Below are positions 14,473-27,671 of a stretch of DNA of 64,000 nt, piece by piece. Within the stretch, counting starts at the first letter, position 1, and the number at the start of each line of letters is the position of its first letter. The DNA comes from Escherichia coli (GTDB taxonomy: Bacteria; Pseudomonadota; Gammaproteobacteria; Enterobacterales; Enterobacteriaceae): the NCBI RefSeq assembly GCF_029227855.1, contig NZ_CP074356.1. The stretch is one strand, 5' to 3'. The position numbers were made by a program, and so were the translations under genes. The notes under the pieces are model-generated. The model saw only the letters and a list, made by a program, of their open reading frames with translations, was not told where the DNA came from and made no database searches.

Positions 14473-14492
14473 TACTGTATAAACAGCCAATA
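14473..14492. promoter_or_regulatory. LexA (SOS) box of dinG
   Basis: tactgtataaacagccaata is the reverse complement of the known non-canonical dinG SOS box TATTGGCTGTTTATACAGTA, 15-34 bp upstream of the dinG ATG. Confidence 0.7.
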
Positions 14493-14628
14493 TTGTGGCA
14501 TTTTTCGGTTTTCAGGGGTAATGGTTTTTCTGTTTCTGGAAAGCGGCTCGCAATAACGTTTTCCGGATGTGAAGTTTTCTCGCGGCAGAAGAAACATCAT
14601 TGTGCAGCAAAAGACATTGTACATCAGC

Positions 14629-14910
14629 TTATTCCGCTGGCGGCCATTGCAGAGCGGTATGTAAAACACGCAGTACCGAGAGCGTATCGCCCTCCACTTG
14701 ATAGACAAGCACATAATGCGGCCTGACAACGGCTTCATGTGTACCAGCGACTCGTCCGGCCCGGTACATCTCCGGGCGTTCACAGGCCTGTTCCGCAATG
14801 GCTTCAAATTGATTATCAAGGGCTATTGCCGCTAGCGGATTATCTTTACTGATGTATTCCATGATTTGCTCCCTGTCAGACAGGGACATTGGCTTCCATT
14901 CCAGACGCAT
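14629..14910 (-). CDS. ParE/RelE-superfamily toxin-like protein (93 aa)
   Basis: MRLEW…IAEQACERPEMYRAGRVAGTHEAVVRPHYVLVYQVEGDTLSVLRVLH shows the ParE pattern seen in Caulobacter ParE1 (aligned by eye from memory); start overlaps the upstream gene stop as TAATG. Confidence 0.85.
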   Translation of the reverse strand: MRLEWKPMSLSDREQIMEYISKDNPLAAIALDNQFEAIAEQACERPEMYRAGRVAGTHEAVVRPHYVLVYQVEGDTLSVLRVLHTALQWPPAE

Positions 14911-15350
14911 TAATCCCCCTTCAGCAAGGCTTTTTTACGGGCAGCAAATAGACTTTTGGCCTCTTCATGAGAGAGTGCCGGGCGTGGATCGTCAATGGCG
15001 GCCTGCACCTGCTCTCGAAACCAGGCATCATACGCGGCAGCTTCATGAGCTCGTTTTAATGCCTCAGCCCTGTCTGGTCGGGTCGTTTTCTTCTGACCGT
15101 CCGGGTCGTAATTAGAGGCGTCGACTTCAAACCGGGCAATACCAACATCTTTCAGGTAGTTGACAACCGTTTCCAGCCGTTTGAACAGGCGGATTTGCCG
15201 ACTGCGTTGTGCTGCAAGAGGCCGTTCAGTGTGGCCGTATTTCACGGTCAACGACCAGCCTCCCTGGGTGCCAATAACGTGTGCTGCATCCACTACGCCA
15301 GATTCAACCAGTTTATGTAAGGTTGAGTGATCGATCGTTTCTGGTGCCAT
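14910..15350 (-). CDS. Putative cognate antitoxin / partner protein (146 aa) with unrecognised N-terminal region
   Basis: ORF with AAAGAGG RBS about 10 nt upstream, translationally coupled to the ParE-like gene; only one Met; C-terminal charged helical tail (DAWFREQVQAAIDDPRPALSHEEAKSLFAARKKAL); family not assigned. Confidence 0.6.
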   Translation of the reverse strand: MAPETIDHSTLHKLVESGVVDAAHVIGTQGGWSLTVKYGHTERPLAAQRSRQIRLFKRLETVVNYLKDVGIARFEVDASNYDPDGQKKTTRPDRAEALKRAHEAAAYDAWFREQVQAAIDDPRPALSHEEAKSLFAARKKALLKGD

Positions 15351-15377
15351 AATGCGCTAACCTCTTTGTATACAGCA

Positions 15378-15420
15378 TGCAATTTATAATTAAAGATAGA
15401 GCAATTAATAATAAATTGCA
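15378..15420. promoter_or_regulatory. Promoter/operator-like inverted repeats upstream of the toxin-antitoxin cassette
   Basis: tgcaatttat (15378-15387) and ataaattgca (15411-15420) are perfect 10-bp inverted repeats; an inner gcaatt-N7-aattgc palindrome lies in an AT-rich stretch with a TATAAAT-like -10 on the minus strand. Confidence 0.35.
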
Positions 15421-15506
15421 GCACCTTGATCGTAAATTGCCCAGGATAAAATTGCGGTAGAAAGAGACTTGTTGCGAAGATGCCGGGCATCGCCCGGCAT
15501 AAAAGA

Positions 15507-16871
15507 TTACTGCGCAGCGGCAGGTTTACGCGGACGGCGGCGGCGTTGTTGTTCGCCTGCCGGTTTGGCATCGCCAAGACGACGAGATGGTTTTTCTGCA
15601 GGCTTCGCGCTCGCAGATTTTGCGCCACCTTCAGCGCGGCGTGGTTGCTGTTGACCGCGACCACCACCTTGCCCACGACCGCCGCCGCCACGTTGCTGGC
15701 GACCGTTCTGGATTGGTTCGGCTTTGATTGACGGGTCCGGCTCATAGCCCGGAATCGCAATGCGCGGGATCTCTTTTTTCAGCAGTTTTTCGATATCACG
15801 CAGCAGTTTGTGTTCATCAACACACACCAGCGACAACGCTTCACCGGTAGCAGCCGCACGACCGGTACGCCCGATACGGTGAACATAATCTTCCGGTACG
15901 TTTGGCAGTTCATAGTTGACCACGTGCGGCAACTCTTCGATATCCAGACCGCGCGCAGCGATGTCAGTTGCCACTAGTACACGAATATCGCCCGATTTAA
16001 AATCAGCCAGCGCACGGGTACGCGCACCTTGCGATTTATTGCCGTGGATCGCCGCACTGCGGATGCCATCTTTATTGAGCTGTTCAGCCAGATGGTTAGC
16101 GCCATGTTTGGTACGGGTAAACACCAGCACCTGCTGCCAGTTCCCTTTCCCAATCATGTGCGACAACAATTCGCGTTTGCGTTTCTTATCAACAAAGTGA
16201 ACATGCTGGGTCACCTGATCAGACGCGGTATTGCGGCGTGCCACTTCGATTTCCAGCGGGTTGTGCAACAGTTTTTCCGCCAGAGCTTTAATATCGTCAG
16301 AGAAGGTCGCGGAGAACAACAGGTTCTGGCGCTTCGCAGGTAGTTTTGTTAACACGCGACGGATATCGTGGATAAAGCCCATGTCGAGCATGCGGTCAGC
16401 TTCATCGAGGACGAGGATTTCAACCTGATCCAGCTTCACCGCATTCTGATGTTCCAGGTCCAGCAGACGTCCCGGCGTTGCAACCAGCACATCAACGCCG
16501 CCGCGCAACTTCATCATCTGCGGGTTAATGCTGACACCGCCAAACACCACCAGCGAACGAATGTTCAGGTATTTGCTGTAATCACGGACGTTTTCGCCAA
16601 TCTGCGCCGCCAGTTCACGGGTCGGGGTAAGAATGAGCGCACGTACCGGACGACGCCCTTTGGCGTGCGGCTGGCGAGTGATCAGGTGTTGCAACAGCGG
16701 CAGCGTAAAGCCCGCTGTTTTGCCGGTGCCAGTCTGGGCGCTAGCCATCAGGTCGCGGCCTTCCAGCACCGCAGGGATCGCCTGCTGCTGAATAGGGGTG
16801 GGTTCACGGTAACCCTGCTCGGCAACGGCGCGCAGGATATCAGGGCTTAAACCCAAAGAATCGAAAGACAT
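15507..16871 (-). CDS. rhlE: ATP-dependent RNA helicase (DEAD-box)
   Basis: 454-aa ORF with DEAD motif (VLDEADRM), Q-motif, and a Gly/Arg-rich basic C-terminal tail; matches RhlE. Confidence 0.95.
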   Translation of the reverse strand: MSFDSLGLSPDILRAVAEQGYREPTPIQQQAIPAVLEGRDLMASAQTGTGKTAGFTLPLLQHLITRQPHAKGRRPVRALILTPTRELAAQIGENVRDYSKYLNIRSLVVFGGVSINPQMMKLRGGVDVLVATPGRLLDLEHQNAVKLDQVEILVLDEADRMLDMGFIHDIRRVLTKLPAKRQNLLFSATFSDDIKALAEKLLHNPLEIEVARRNTASDQVTQHVHFVDKKRKRELLSHMIGKGNWQQVLVFTRTKHGANHLAEQLNKDGIRSAAIHGNKSQGARTRALADFKSGDIRVLVATDIAARGLDIEELPHVVNYELPNVPEDYVHRIGRTGRAAATGEALSLVCVDEHKLLRDIEKLLKKEIPRIAIPGYEPDPSIKAEPIQNGRQQRGGGGRGQGGGRGQQQPRRAEGGAKSASAKPAEKPSRRLGDAKPAGEQQRRRRPRKPAAAQ

Positions 16872-17064
16872 AACTACTCCGAACCGCCCCGACCGTTACC
16901 GGTGTAGTTTTCAGGGAGATACTGAAAAGGAAAATGACAAAAACCACAATGTCATGAGGGAGCGGAGTGTAGCAGTTTTTGTGACGCAGCGCATAAATTA
17001 TCCCTGTGACTGGCGTTGCTAAAATTCTTAGCCATACTGGACAACTCCCATATGGAGTCATAAT

Positions 17065-17086
17065 CTTAATCAATCATTTGATTAAG
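17065..17086. promoter_or_regulatory. TetR-type operator-like palindrome (candidate CecR site) in the rhlE-cecR divergent region
   Basis: cttaatcaa-tcat-ttgattaag is a perfect 9-4-9 inverted repeat just upstream of the cecR start. Confidence 0.4.
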
Positions 17087-17099
17087 AATGGACTGTGCG

Positions 17100-20490
<3,391 letters not shown>

Positions 20491-20498
<8 letters not shown>

Positions 20499-21624
20499 CC
20501 CGATCCTTTCCTGGCGTCGCGTGCGGGCGCTGTGCGTCAAAGAGACGCGGCAGATCGTTCGCGATCCGAGTAGCTGGCTGATTGCGGTAGTGATCCCGCT
20601 GTTGCTGCTGTTTATTTTTGGTTACGGCATTAACCTCGACTCCAGCAAGCTGCGGGTCGGGATTTTACTGGAACAGCGTAGCGAAGCGGCGCTGGATTTC
20701 ACCCACACCATGACCGGTTCGCCCTACATCGACGCCACCATCAGCGATAACCGTCAGGAACTGATTGCCAAAATGCAGGCGGGGAAAATTCGCGGTCTGG
20801 TGGTTATTCCGGTGGATTTTGCGGAACAGATGGAGCGCGCCAACGCCACCGCACCGATTCAGGTGATCACCGACGGCAGTGAGCCGAATACCGCTAACTT
20901 TGTGCAGGGGTATGTCGAAGGGATCTGGCAGATCTGGCAAATGCAGCGAGCGGAGGACAACGGGCAGACTTTTGAACCGCTTATTGATGTACAAACCCGC
21001 TACTGGTTTAACCCGGCGGCGATTAGCCAGCACTTCATTATCCCCGGTGCGGTGACCATCATCATGACGGTCATCGGCGCGATTCTCACCTCGCTGGTGG
21101 TGGCGCGAGAATGGGAACGCGGCACCATGGAGGCTCTGCTCTCTACGGAGATTACCCGCACGGAACTGCTGCTGTGTAAGCTCATACCCTACTATTTCCT
21201 CGGGATGCTGGCGATGTTGCTGTGTATGCTGGTGTCGGTGTTTATTCTCGGCGTGCCGTATCGCGGGTCGCTGCTGATTCTGTTTTTTATCTCCAGCCTG
21301 TTTTTACTCAGTACCCTGGGGATGGGGCTGCTGATTTCCACGATTACCCGCAACCAGTTCAATGCCGCTCAGGTCGCCCTGAACGCGGCTTTTCTGCCGT
21401 CGATTATGCTTTCCGGCTTTATTTTTCAGATCGACAGTATGCCCGCGGTGATCCGCGCGGTGACATACATTATTCCCGCACGTTATTTCGTCAGCACCCT
21501 GCAAAGCCTGTTCCTCGCCGGGAATATTCCGGTGGTACTGGTGGTGAACGTGCTGTTTTTGATCGCTTCGGCGGTGATGTTTATCGGCCTGACGTGGCTG
21601 AAAACCAAACGTCGGCTGGATTAG
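20491..21624 (+). CDS. ybhS: ABC-2 family transporter permease
   Basis: 377-aa ORF matching YbhS; overlaps the ybhF stop. Confidence 0.9.
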
Positions 21625-21634
21625 GGAGAAGAGC

Positions 21635-22741
21635 ATGTTTCATCGCTTATGGACGTTAATCCGCAAAGAGTTGCAGTCGCTGCTGCGCGAACCGCAAACC
21701 CGCGCAATTCTGATTTTACCCGTGCTGATTCAGGTGATCCTGTTCCCGTTCGCCGCCACGCTGGAAGTGACCAACGCCACCATCGCCATCTACGATGAAG
21801 ATAACGGCGAGCACTCGGTAGAACTTACTCAACGTTTTGCCCGCGCCAGCGCCTTTACCCATGTGCTGCTGCTGAAAAGCCCGCAGGAGATCCGCCCGAC
21901 CATCGACACACAAAAGGCGTTACTACTTGTGCGTTTCCCGGCTGACTTCTCGCGCAAACTGGATACCTTCCAGACCGCGCCGTTGCAGTTGATCCTCGAC
22001 GGGCGTAACTCCAACAGTGCGCAAATTGCCGCCAACTACCTGCAACAGATCGTCAAAAATTATCAGCAGGAGCTGCTGGAAGGAAAACCGAAACCCAACA
22101 ACAGCGAGCTGGTGGTACGCAACTGGTATAACCCGAATCTCGACTACAAATGGTTTGTGGTGCCGTCGCTGATCGCCATGATCACCACTATTGGCGTGAT
22201 GATCGTCACTTCACTTTCTGTTGCCCGCGAACGTGAACAAGGTACGCTCGATCAGTTACTGGTTTCGCCGCTCACCACCTGGCAGATATTCATCGGCAAG
22301 GCCGTACCGGCATTAATTGTCGCCACCTTCCAGGCCACCATTGTGCTGGCGATTGGTATCTGGGCGTATCAAATCCCCTTCGCCGGATCGCTGGCGCTGT
22401 TCTACTTTACGATGGTGATTTACGGTTTATCGCTGGTGGGATTCGGTCTGTTGATTTCATCACTCTGCTCGACACAACAGCAGGCGTTTATCGGCGTGTT
22501 TGTTTTTATGATGCCCGCCATTCTCCTTTCCGGTTACGTTTCGCCGGTGGAAAACATGCCAGTATGGCTGCAAAACCTGACGTGGATTAACCCTATTCGC
22601 CACTTTACGGACATTACCAAGCAGATTTATTTGAAGGATGCGAGTCTGGATATTGTGTGGAATAGTTTGTGGCCGCTACTGGTGATAACGGCCACGACAG
22701 GGTCAGCGGCGTACGCGATGTTTAGACGTAAGGTGATGTAA
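21635..22741 (+). CDS. ybhR: ABC-2 family transporter permease
   Basis: 368-aa ORF matching YbhR. Confidence 0.9.
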
Positions 22742-23113
22742 CTTCTTATCTTTCGCCAGCAAAGACACTACCGCCGGGCCGGCAAGGATTGCCAGCCCTG
22801 CAATTGCCAGCAAAAAGTTGTTTTCCAGTACGCGGGACAACAGCCACAGCACAATCAGCGCTGCGCCAAAATACCAGGTCGTGGTCAGCTCTTCCAGCAC
22901 GTCTGCCACCTCACGCCAGCGTTGCTCGGGGTGGCGCTGAAACACCAGCATCATCACTACCGTGACACAATACAGTGCGCATAATCCCACACCGACGTGA
23001 ACCAGAGTCTTACTCATCCAGCCCACCACCAGCAGCGCCACTACCAGTAAATGCAACATAATCTGCCAGCAACTTAGACCCGTTGCGACACGAACACGTT
23101 GTTGCCACTTCAT
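22703..23113 (-). CDS. ybhQ: Inner membrane protein YbhQ
   Basis: 136-aa hydrophobic ORF; 3' end overlaps ybhR by 39 nt on the opposite strand. Confidence 0.85.
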
Positions 23114-23245
23114 GGCTTCTCTCCTGAAGAATTTATCTCTACTTACTCAGAGTACCGAACTTTACGGAAAATTCCGTAAGACCGCACCTTTTTGTGACGC
23201 CGACTACACTATTTCAATGAGATAAGAGGCAAAGACAGGAAAATT

Positions 23246-24007
23246 ATGCCCGATCAAACACAACAATTTTCGTTCAAGGTGCTCACCATCAATATTCACA
23301 AGGGCTTTACCGCGTTTAACCGACGCTTCATTTTGCCGGAACTTCGCGACGCCGTGCGTACCGTCAGCGCCGATATTGTTTGCCTGCAAGAAGTGATGGG
23401 CGCGCACGAAGTTCATCCGCTGCATGTGGAAAACTGGCCCGATACCTCGCACTACGAGTTTCTCGCCGACACTATGTGGAGCGATTTTGCCTACGGTCGC
23501 AATGCCGTATACCCGGAAGGGCATCACGGCAACGCTGTACTGTCGCGTTATCCCATTGAACATTATGAGAATCGCGATGTTTCGGTCGATGGTGCGGAAA
23601 AGCGCGGCGTGCTCTACTGCCGCATTGTGCCGCCGATGACCGGGAAAGCGATTCATGTGATGTGCGTACATCTGGGCCTGCGTGAGGCGCACCGTCAGGC
23701 GCAGCTTGCGATGCTCGCCGAATGGGTGAATGAGCTACCGGACGGCGAGCCGGTATTGGTGGCGGGTGATTTCAACGACTGGCGGCAAAAAGCTAATCAT
23801 CCGTTAAAAGTGCAGGCCGGACTGGATGAGATTTTTACCCGCGCCCACGGACGCCCGGCGCGCACGTTTCCGGTGCAATTTCCTCTACTACGACTGGACA
23901 GGATCTACGTCAAAAATGCCAGTGCCAGCGCGCCAACCGCGTTGCCGCTGCGGACATGGCGACACCTTTCTGATCATGCCCCTTTAAGTGCGGAGATTCA
24001 TTTATGA
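23246..24007 (+). CDS. ybhP: Endonuclease/exonuclease/phosphatase-family protein
   Basis: 253-aa ORF matching YbhP; overlaps the clsB start. Confidence 0.9.
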
Positions 24008-25245
24008 AATGTAGCTGGCGCGAAGGCAATAAGATCCAGTTGCTGGAAAATGGCGAGCAATATTATCCCGCGGTGTTTAAGGCGATTGGCGAGGCACAAG
24101 AACGTATCATTCTTGAAACGTTTATCTGGTTTGAGGATGACGTCGGCAAACAACTGCATGCGGCACTACTGGCAGCAGCGCAACGCGGGGTAAAAGCGGA
24201 AGTCTTACTTGATGGCTACGGTTCGCCGGATCTCAGCGATGAGTTTGTCAATGAACTGACGGCCGCTGGCGTGGTGTTCCGCTACTACGATCCCCGCCCT
24301 CGCCTTTTTGGTATGCGCACCAATGTGTTTCGCCGGATGCATCGCAAAATTGTGGTGATCGACGCGCGTATCGCCTTTATTGGCGGGCTGAATTACTCCG
24401 CCGAGCATATGTCCAGCTACGGCCCGGAGGCCAAACAGGATTACGCGGTACGCCTTGAAGGGCCGATTGTCGAAGATATTCTGCAATTTGAACTGGAAAA
24501 CCTGCCAGGACAGAGCGCGGCACGACGCTGGTGGCGACGTCATCACAAAGCGGAAGAGAACCGCCAGCCGGGAGAAGCGCAGGTATTGCTGGTCTGGCGC
24601 GATAACGAAGAACATCGCGATGATATCGAACGCCACTATCTGAAAATGCTCACTCAGGCGCGGCGGGAAGTGATTATCGCCAACGCCTACTTCTTCCCCG
24701 GCTATCGATTTTTACACGCCTTGCGTAAAGCGGCACGGCGCGGAGTGCGGATCAAACTGATCATTCAGGGCGAACCGGATATGCCGATTGTCAGAGTCGG
24801 CGCGCGCTTGCTGTATAACTATCTGGTTAAAGGCGGCGTTCAGGTGTTTGAGTACCGCCGCCGCCCGCTCCATGGCAAAGTTGCATTGATGGACGATCAC
24901 TGGGCGACAGTAGGGTCCAGTAATCTCGATCCGCTCAGTTTGTCACTGAATCTCGAAGCAAATGTCATCATCCACGATCGTCATTTTAACCAGACGCTGC
25001 GCGATAATCTGAACGGCATCATCGCCGCAGATTGTCAGCAGGTGGATGAAACCATGCTGCCCAAACGCACCTGGTGGAACCTGACTAAAAGCGTGCTGGC
25101 GTTCCACTTTTTACGCCACTTCCCGGCGCTGGTTGGCTGGCTTCCGGCACACACGCCACGTCTGGCGCAGGTTGACCCGCCCGCTCAGCCGACAATGGAA
25201 ACGCAGGATCGGGTAGAAACTGAAAACACGGGGGTAAAACCCTGA
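24004..25245 (+). CDS. clsB: Cardiolipin synthase B (phospholipase D family)
   Basis: 413 aa with two HxK(x)4D-type motifs (HRKIVVID…, HGKVALMDD…); matches ClsB/YbhO. Confidence 0.92.
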
Positions 25246-26201
25246 TGAGTAAATCACACCCACGCTGGCGCTTAGCAAAGAAGATCCTCACCTGGCTGTT
25301 TTTTATCGCGGTGATAGTGTTGCTGGTGGTCTACGCCAAAAAGGTGGACTGGGAAGAGGTCTGGAAGGTCATCCGCGACTACAATCGCGTTGCGTTGCTC
25401 AGTGCGGTCGGGCTGGTGGTCGTCAGTTATCTGATTTACGGCTGCTATGATCTGCTCGCCCGCTTTTACTGCGGTCACAAACTGGCGAAGCGCCAGGTGA
25501 TGCTGGTGTCGTTTATCTGCTACGCCTTCAACCTGACGCTTAGTACCTGGGTCGGCGGCATTGGTATGCGCTATCGTTTGTACTCCCGGCTAGGGTTACC
25601 GGGCAGCACTATTACGCGGATTTTCTCGCTCAGTATAACCACCAACTGGCTGGGCTATATTTTGCTGGCCGGGATTATCTTTACCGCAGGCGTGGTGGAG
25701 CTGCCGGACCACTGGTATGTCGATCAAACCACGCTGCGCATTCTCGGCATTGGCTTACTGATGATTATCGCGGTTTATTTGTGGTTTTGCGCTTTCGCGA
25801 AGCACCGCCATATGACCATCAAAGGACAAAAACTGGTGCTGCCTTCATGGAAATTTGCCCTCGCCCAGATGCTGATTTCCAGCGTTAACTGGATGGTAAT
25901 GGGGGCGATTATCTGGCTGTTACTTGGTCAAAGCGTGAACTATTTCTTTGTACTGGGCGTGTTGCTGGTTAGTAGTATTGCTGGCGTCATCGTGCATATT
26001 CCGGCGGGGATTGGTGTGCTGGAAGCGGTGTTTATCGCGCTACTGGCTGGGGAGCATACCTCCAAAGGTACAATTATCGCCGCCCTACTCGCTTACCGTG
26101 TGCTGTATTACTTTATCCCACTGCTGCTGGCGCTGATCTGTTACCTGCTACTGGAAAGCCAGGCGAAGAAGCTACGAGCGAAAAATGAAGCGGCGATGTG
26201 A
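25245..26201 (+). CDS. ybhN: Inner membrane protein YbhN (UPF0104 family)
   Basis: 318-aa polytopic membrane ORF, translationally coupled to clsB. Confidence 0.88.
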   Translation: MSKSHPRWRLAKKILTWLFFIAVIVLLVVYAKKVDWEEVWKVIRDYNRVALLSAVGLVVVSYLIYGCYDLLARFYCGHKLAKRQVMLVSFICYAFNLTLSTWVGGIGMRYRLYSRLGLPGSTITRIFSLSITTNWLGYILLAGIIFTAGVVELPDHWYVDQTTLRILGIGLLMIIAVYLWFCAFAKHRHMTIKGQKLVLPSWKFALAQMLISSVNWMVMGAIIWLLLGQSVNYFFVLGVLLVSSIAGVIVHIPAGIGVLEAVFIALLAGEHTSKGTIIAALLAYRVLYYFIPLLLALICYLLLESQAKKLRAKNEAAM

Positions 26202-26236
26202 AGTTTAGTTAAGTTCTTTAGTATGTGCATTTACGA

Positions 26237-26626
26237 CTAATGAAAAAAACGCGTATGCCTTTGCCAGACAAGCGTTATAGCTATCGCGGCAAGTATCCCA
26301 AAGAAGCCGATAAAATAGTAATAGAGTGTTAATGCACCTGTAAAAGCGCAACGAACCGGACTCCACAACTCTTCGCTATGGCATTTTCCTGCCAGTTCAA
26401 GGAGCTTATTTCGTCCATGCGAGATAATGCCTAACCATAACACAATCATTAAGCAACTTATTACCCAAACGGGTCGTTCACTCATTAATGCGGCATTCAT
26501 GATGATCACCAGGGCCAGCCCTGCGGTTGCCACCATACCCAAAGCGGTAATGAGCCATATGCCGTTTAATATCCTGGCTTCGTGCTGAAAATCTAATTTA
26601 TTGCTGTTTTGCGAGTATGATTCCAT
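26237..26626 (-). CDS. ybhM: Small 3-TM inner-membrane protein at the ybhM position (BI-1/YccA-like N-terminal pattern; possibly truncated)
   Basis: 129-aa ORF; residue pattern ARILNGIWLITALGMVATAGLA and AFTGALTLYYYFIG resembles the first three TM helices of BI-1 family proteins (YccA/YbhL); gene symbol assigned by position and is uncertain. Confidence 0.5.
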   Translation of the reverse strand: MESYSQNSNKLDFQHEARILNGIWLITALGMVATAGLALVIIMNAALMSERPVWVISCLMIVLWLGIISHGRNKLLELAGKCHSEELWSPVRCAFTGALTLYYYFIGFFGILAAIAITLVWQRHTRFFH

Positions 26627-26830
26627 TCTTTTAGTTATCCTTAGATAAAATATTAATATTCACCATCAATAAATTTAAAACCACGCATACAAAATACTTT
26701 TGTATTTATGGATACGGAAAACACTTCCGCTCGGCCATAAGGCATATTTTATACCTGGTACTTGTTAAGTGTCGTTTTTAGTAAGAAAAAAATCCCGACA
26801 CATGGCCGGGATATTGATGGTGAAAAAGAA

Positions 26831-27535
26831 TTAACGGCGGTTGCCGAAGATCCGCAACAACATCAGGAACAAGTTGATGAAGTCCAGATACAAGGTTAAC
26901 GCGCCAAGAATGGAATATTTGCGCAGGTTCGACGTGTCGCGGGTATCAATCTGCTCACCCATATTTTTCAATTTCTGAGTGTCATACGCCGTCAATCCGA
27001 CAAAGACAATCACGCCGATGTAGGTAACTGCCCACATCAATGCTTCGCTTTTCAGCCAGAAGTTGACCAGCGATGCCAGCACAATGCCGATTAACGCCAT
27101 AAACAGCATATTGCCAAAGCCGCTTAGATCGCGCTTCGTGGTGTAACCGTACAGGCTCATTGCGCCAAACATCCCGGCAGTAACGACGAAAGTACTGGCG
27201 ATAGAAGCAGCGGTATAGACAATGAAAATACTGGAAAGCGTAAGACCCGTCAGCGCCGAATAAAGCATAAAGAGCATCGTCGTTACACCTGCGCTCAGCT
27301 TTTGAATCATCGCTGATAACACAATAACCAATGCTAATTGCGCGATGATCAGACCGATTAAAAAGACACGGTTAGTGAACAACAGCTCCATCACGGCCGC
27401 GGAATTAGCCGCATACCAGGCAACAAATGCGGTCAGCAACAAGCCAACGGTCATCCAGCCATAGACTTGCGCCATATAAGTTTGCAAGCCAGCCCGGGGT
27501 TGTACAATTGAATCAGAACGTGGGAATCTGTCCAT
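26831..27535 (-). CDS. ybhL: BAX inhibitor-1 family inner-membrane protein
   Basis: Internal ATG at 27535 with AGGAGA RBS gives 234 aa (MDRFPRSDSIVQPRAG…); seven predicted TM segments. Confidence 0.88.
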   Translation of the reverse strand: MDRFPRSDSIVQPRAGLQTYMAQVYGWMTVGLLLTAFVAWYAANSAAVMELLFTNRVFLIGLIIAQLALVIVLSAMIQKLSAGVTTMLFMLYSALTGLTLSSIFIVYTAASIASTFVVTAGMFGAMSLYGYTTKRDLSGFGNMLFMALIGIVLASLVNFWLKSEALMWAVTYIGVIVFVGLTAYDTQKLKNMGEQIDTRDTSNLRKYSILGALTLYLDFINLFLMLLRIFGNRR

Positions 27536-27634
27536 GACGATCTCCTGAAGATATAAGGAATATCTTAAGGATACTGCAAAATGATGAGGCTGTGCATCGA
27601 CGCAGCGTAAACGCATGTACTGAGCGGTGAAATT

Positions 27635-27661
27635 GCCGGACGCAGCGGTGACTTATCCGGC
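27635..27661. repeat. REP-like palindromic unit downstream of moaE
   Basis: gccggacgcagcggtgacttatccggc resembles the REP consensus GCCGGATGCGGCG…CTTATCCGGC. Confidence 0.45.
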
Positions 27662-27671
27662 TAACAAAAAA

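Noticed and set aside
14852-15115. Plus-strand 87-aa ORF considered as a ybiA remnant
   Set aside because: Lies antisense within the 146-aa minus-strand gene and has no resemblance to the remembered YbiA sequence; no plus-strand ORF of appropriate size exists in the dinG-rhlE interval.
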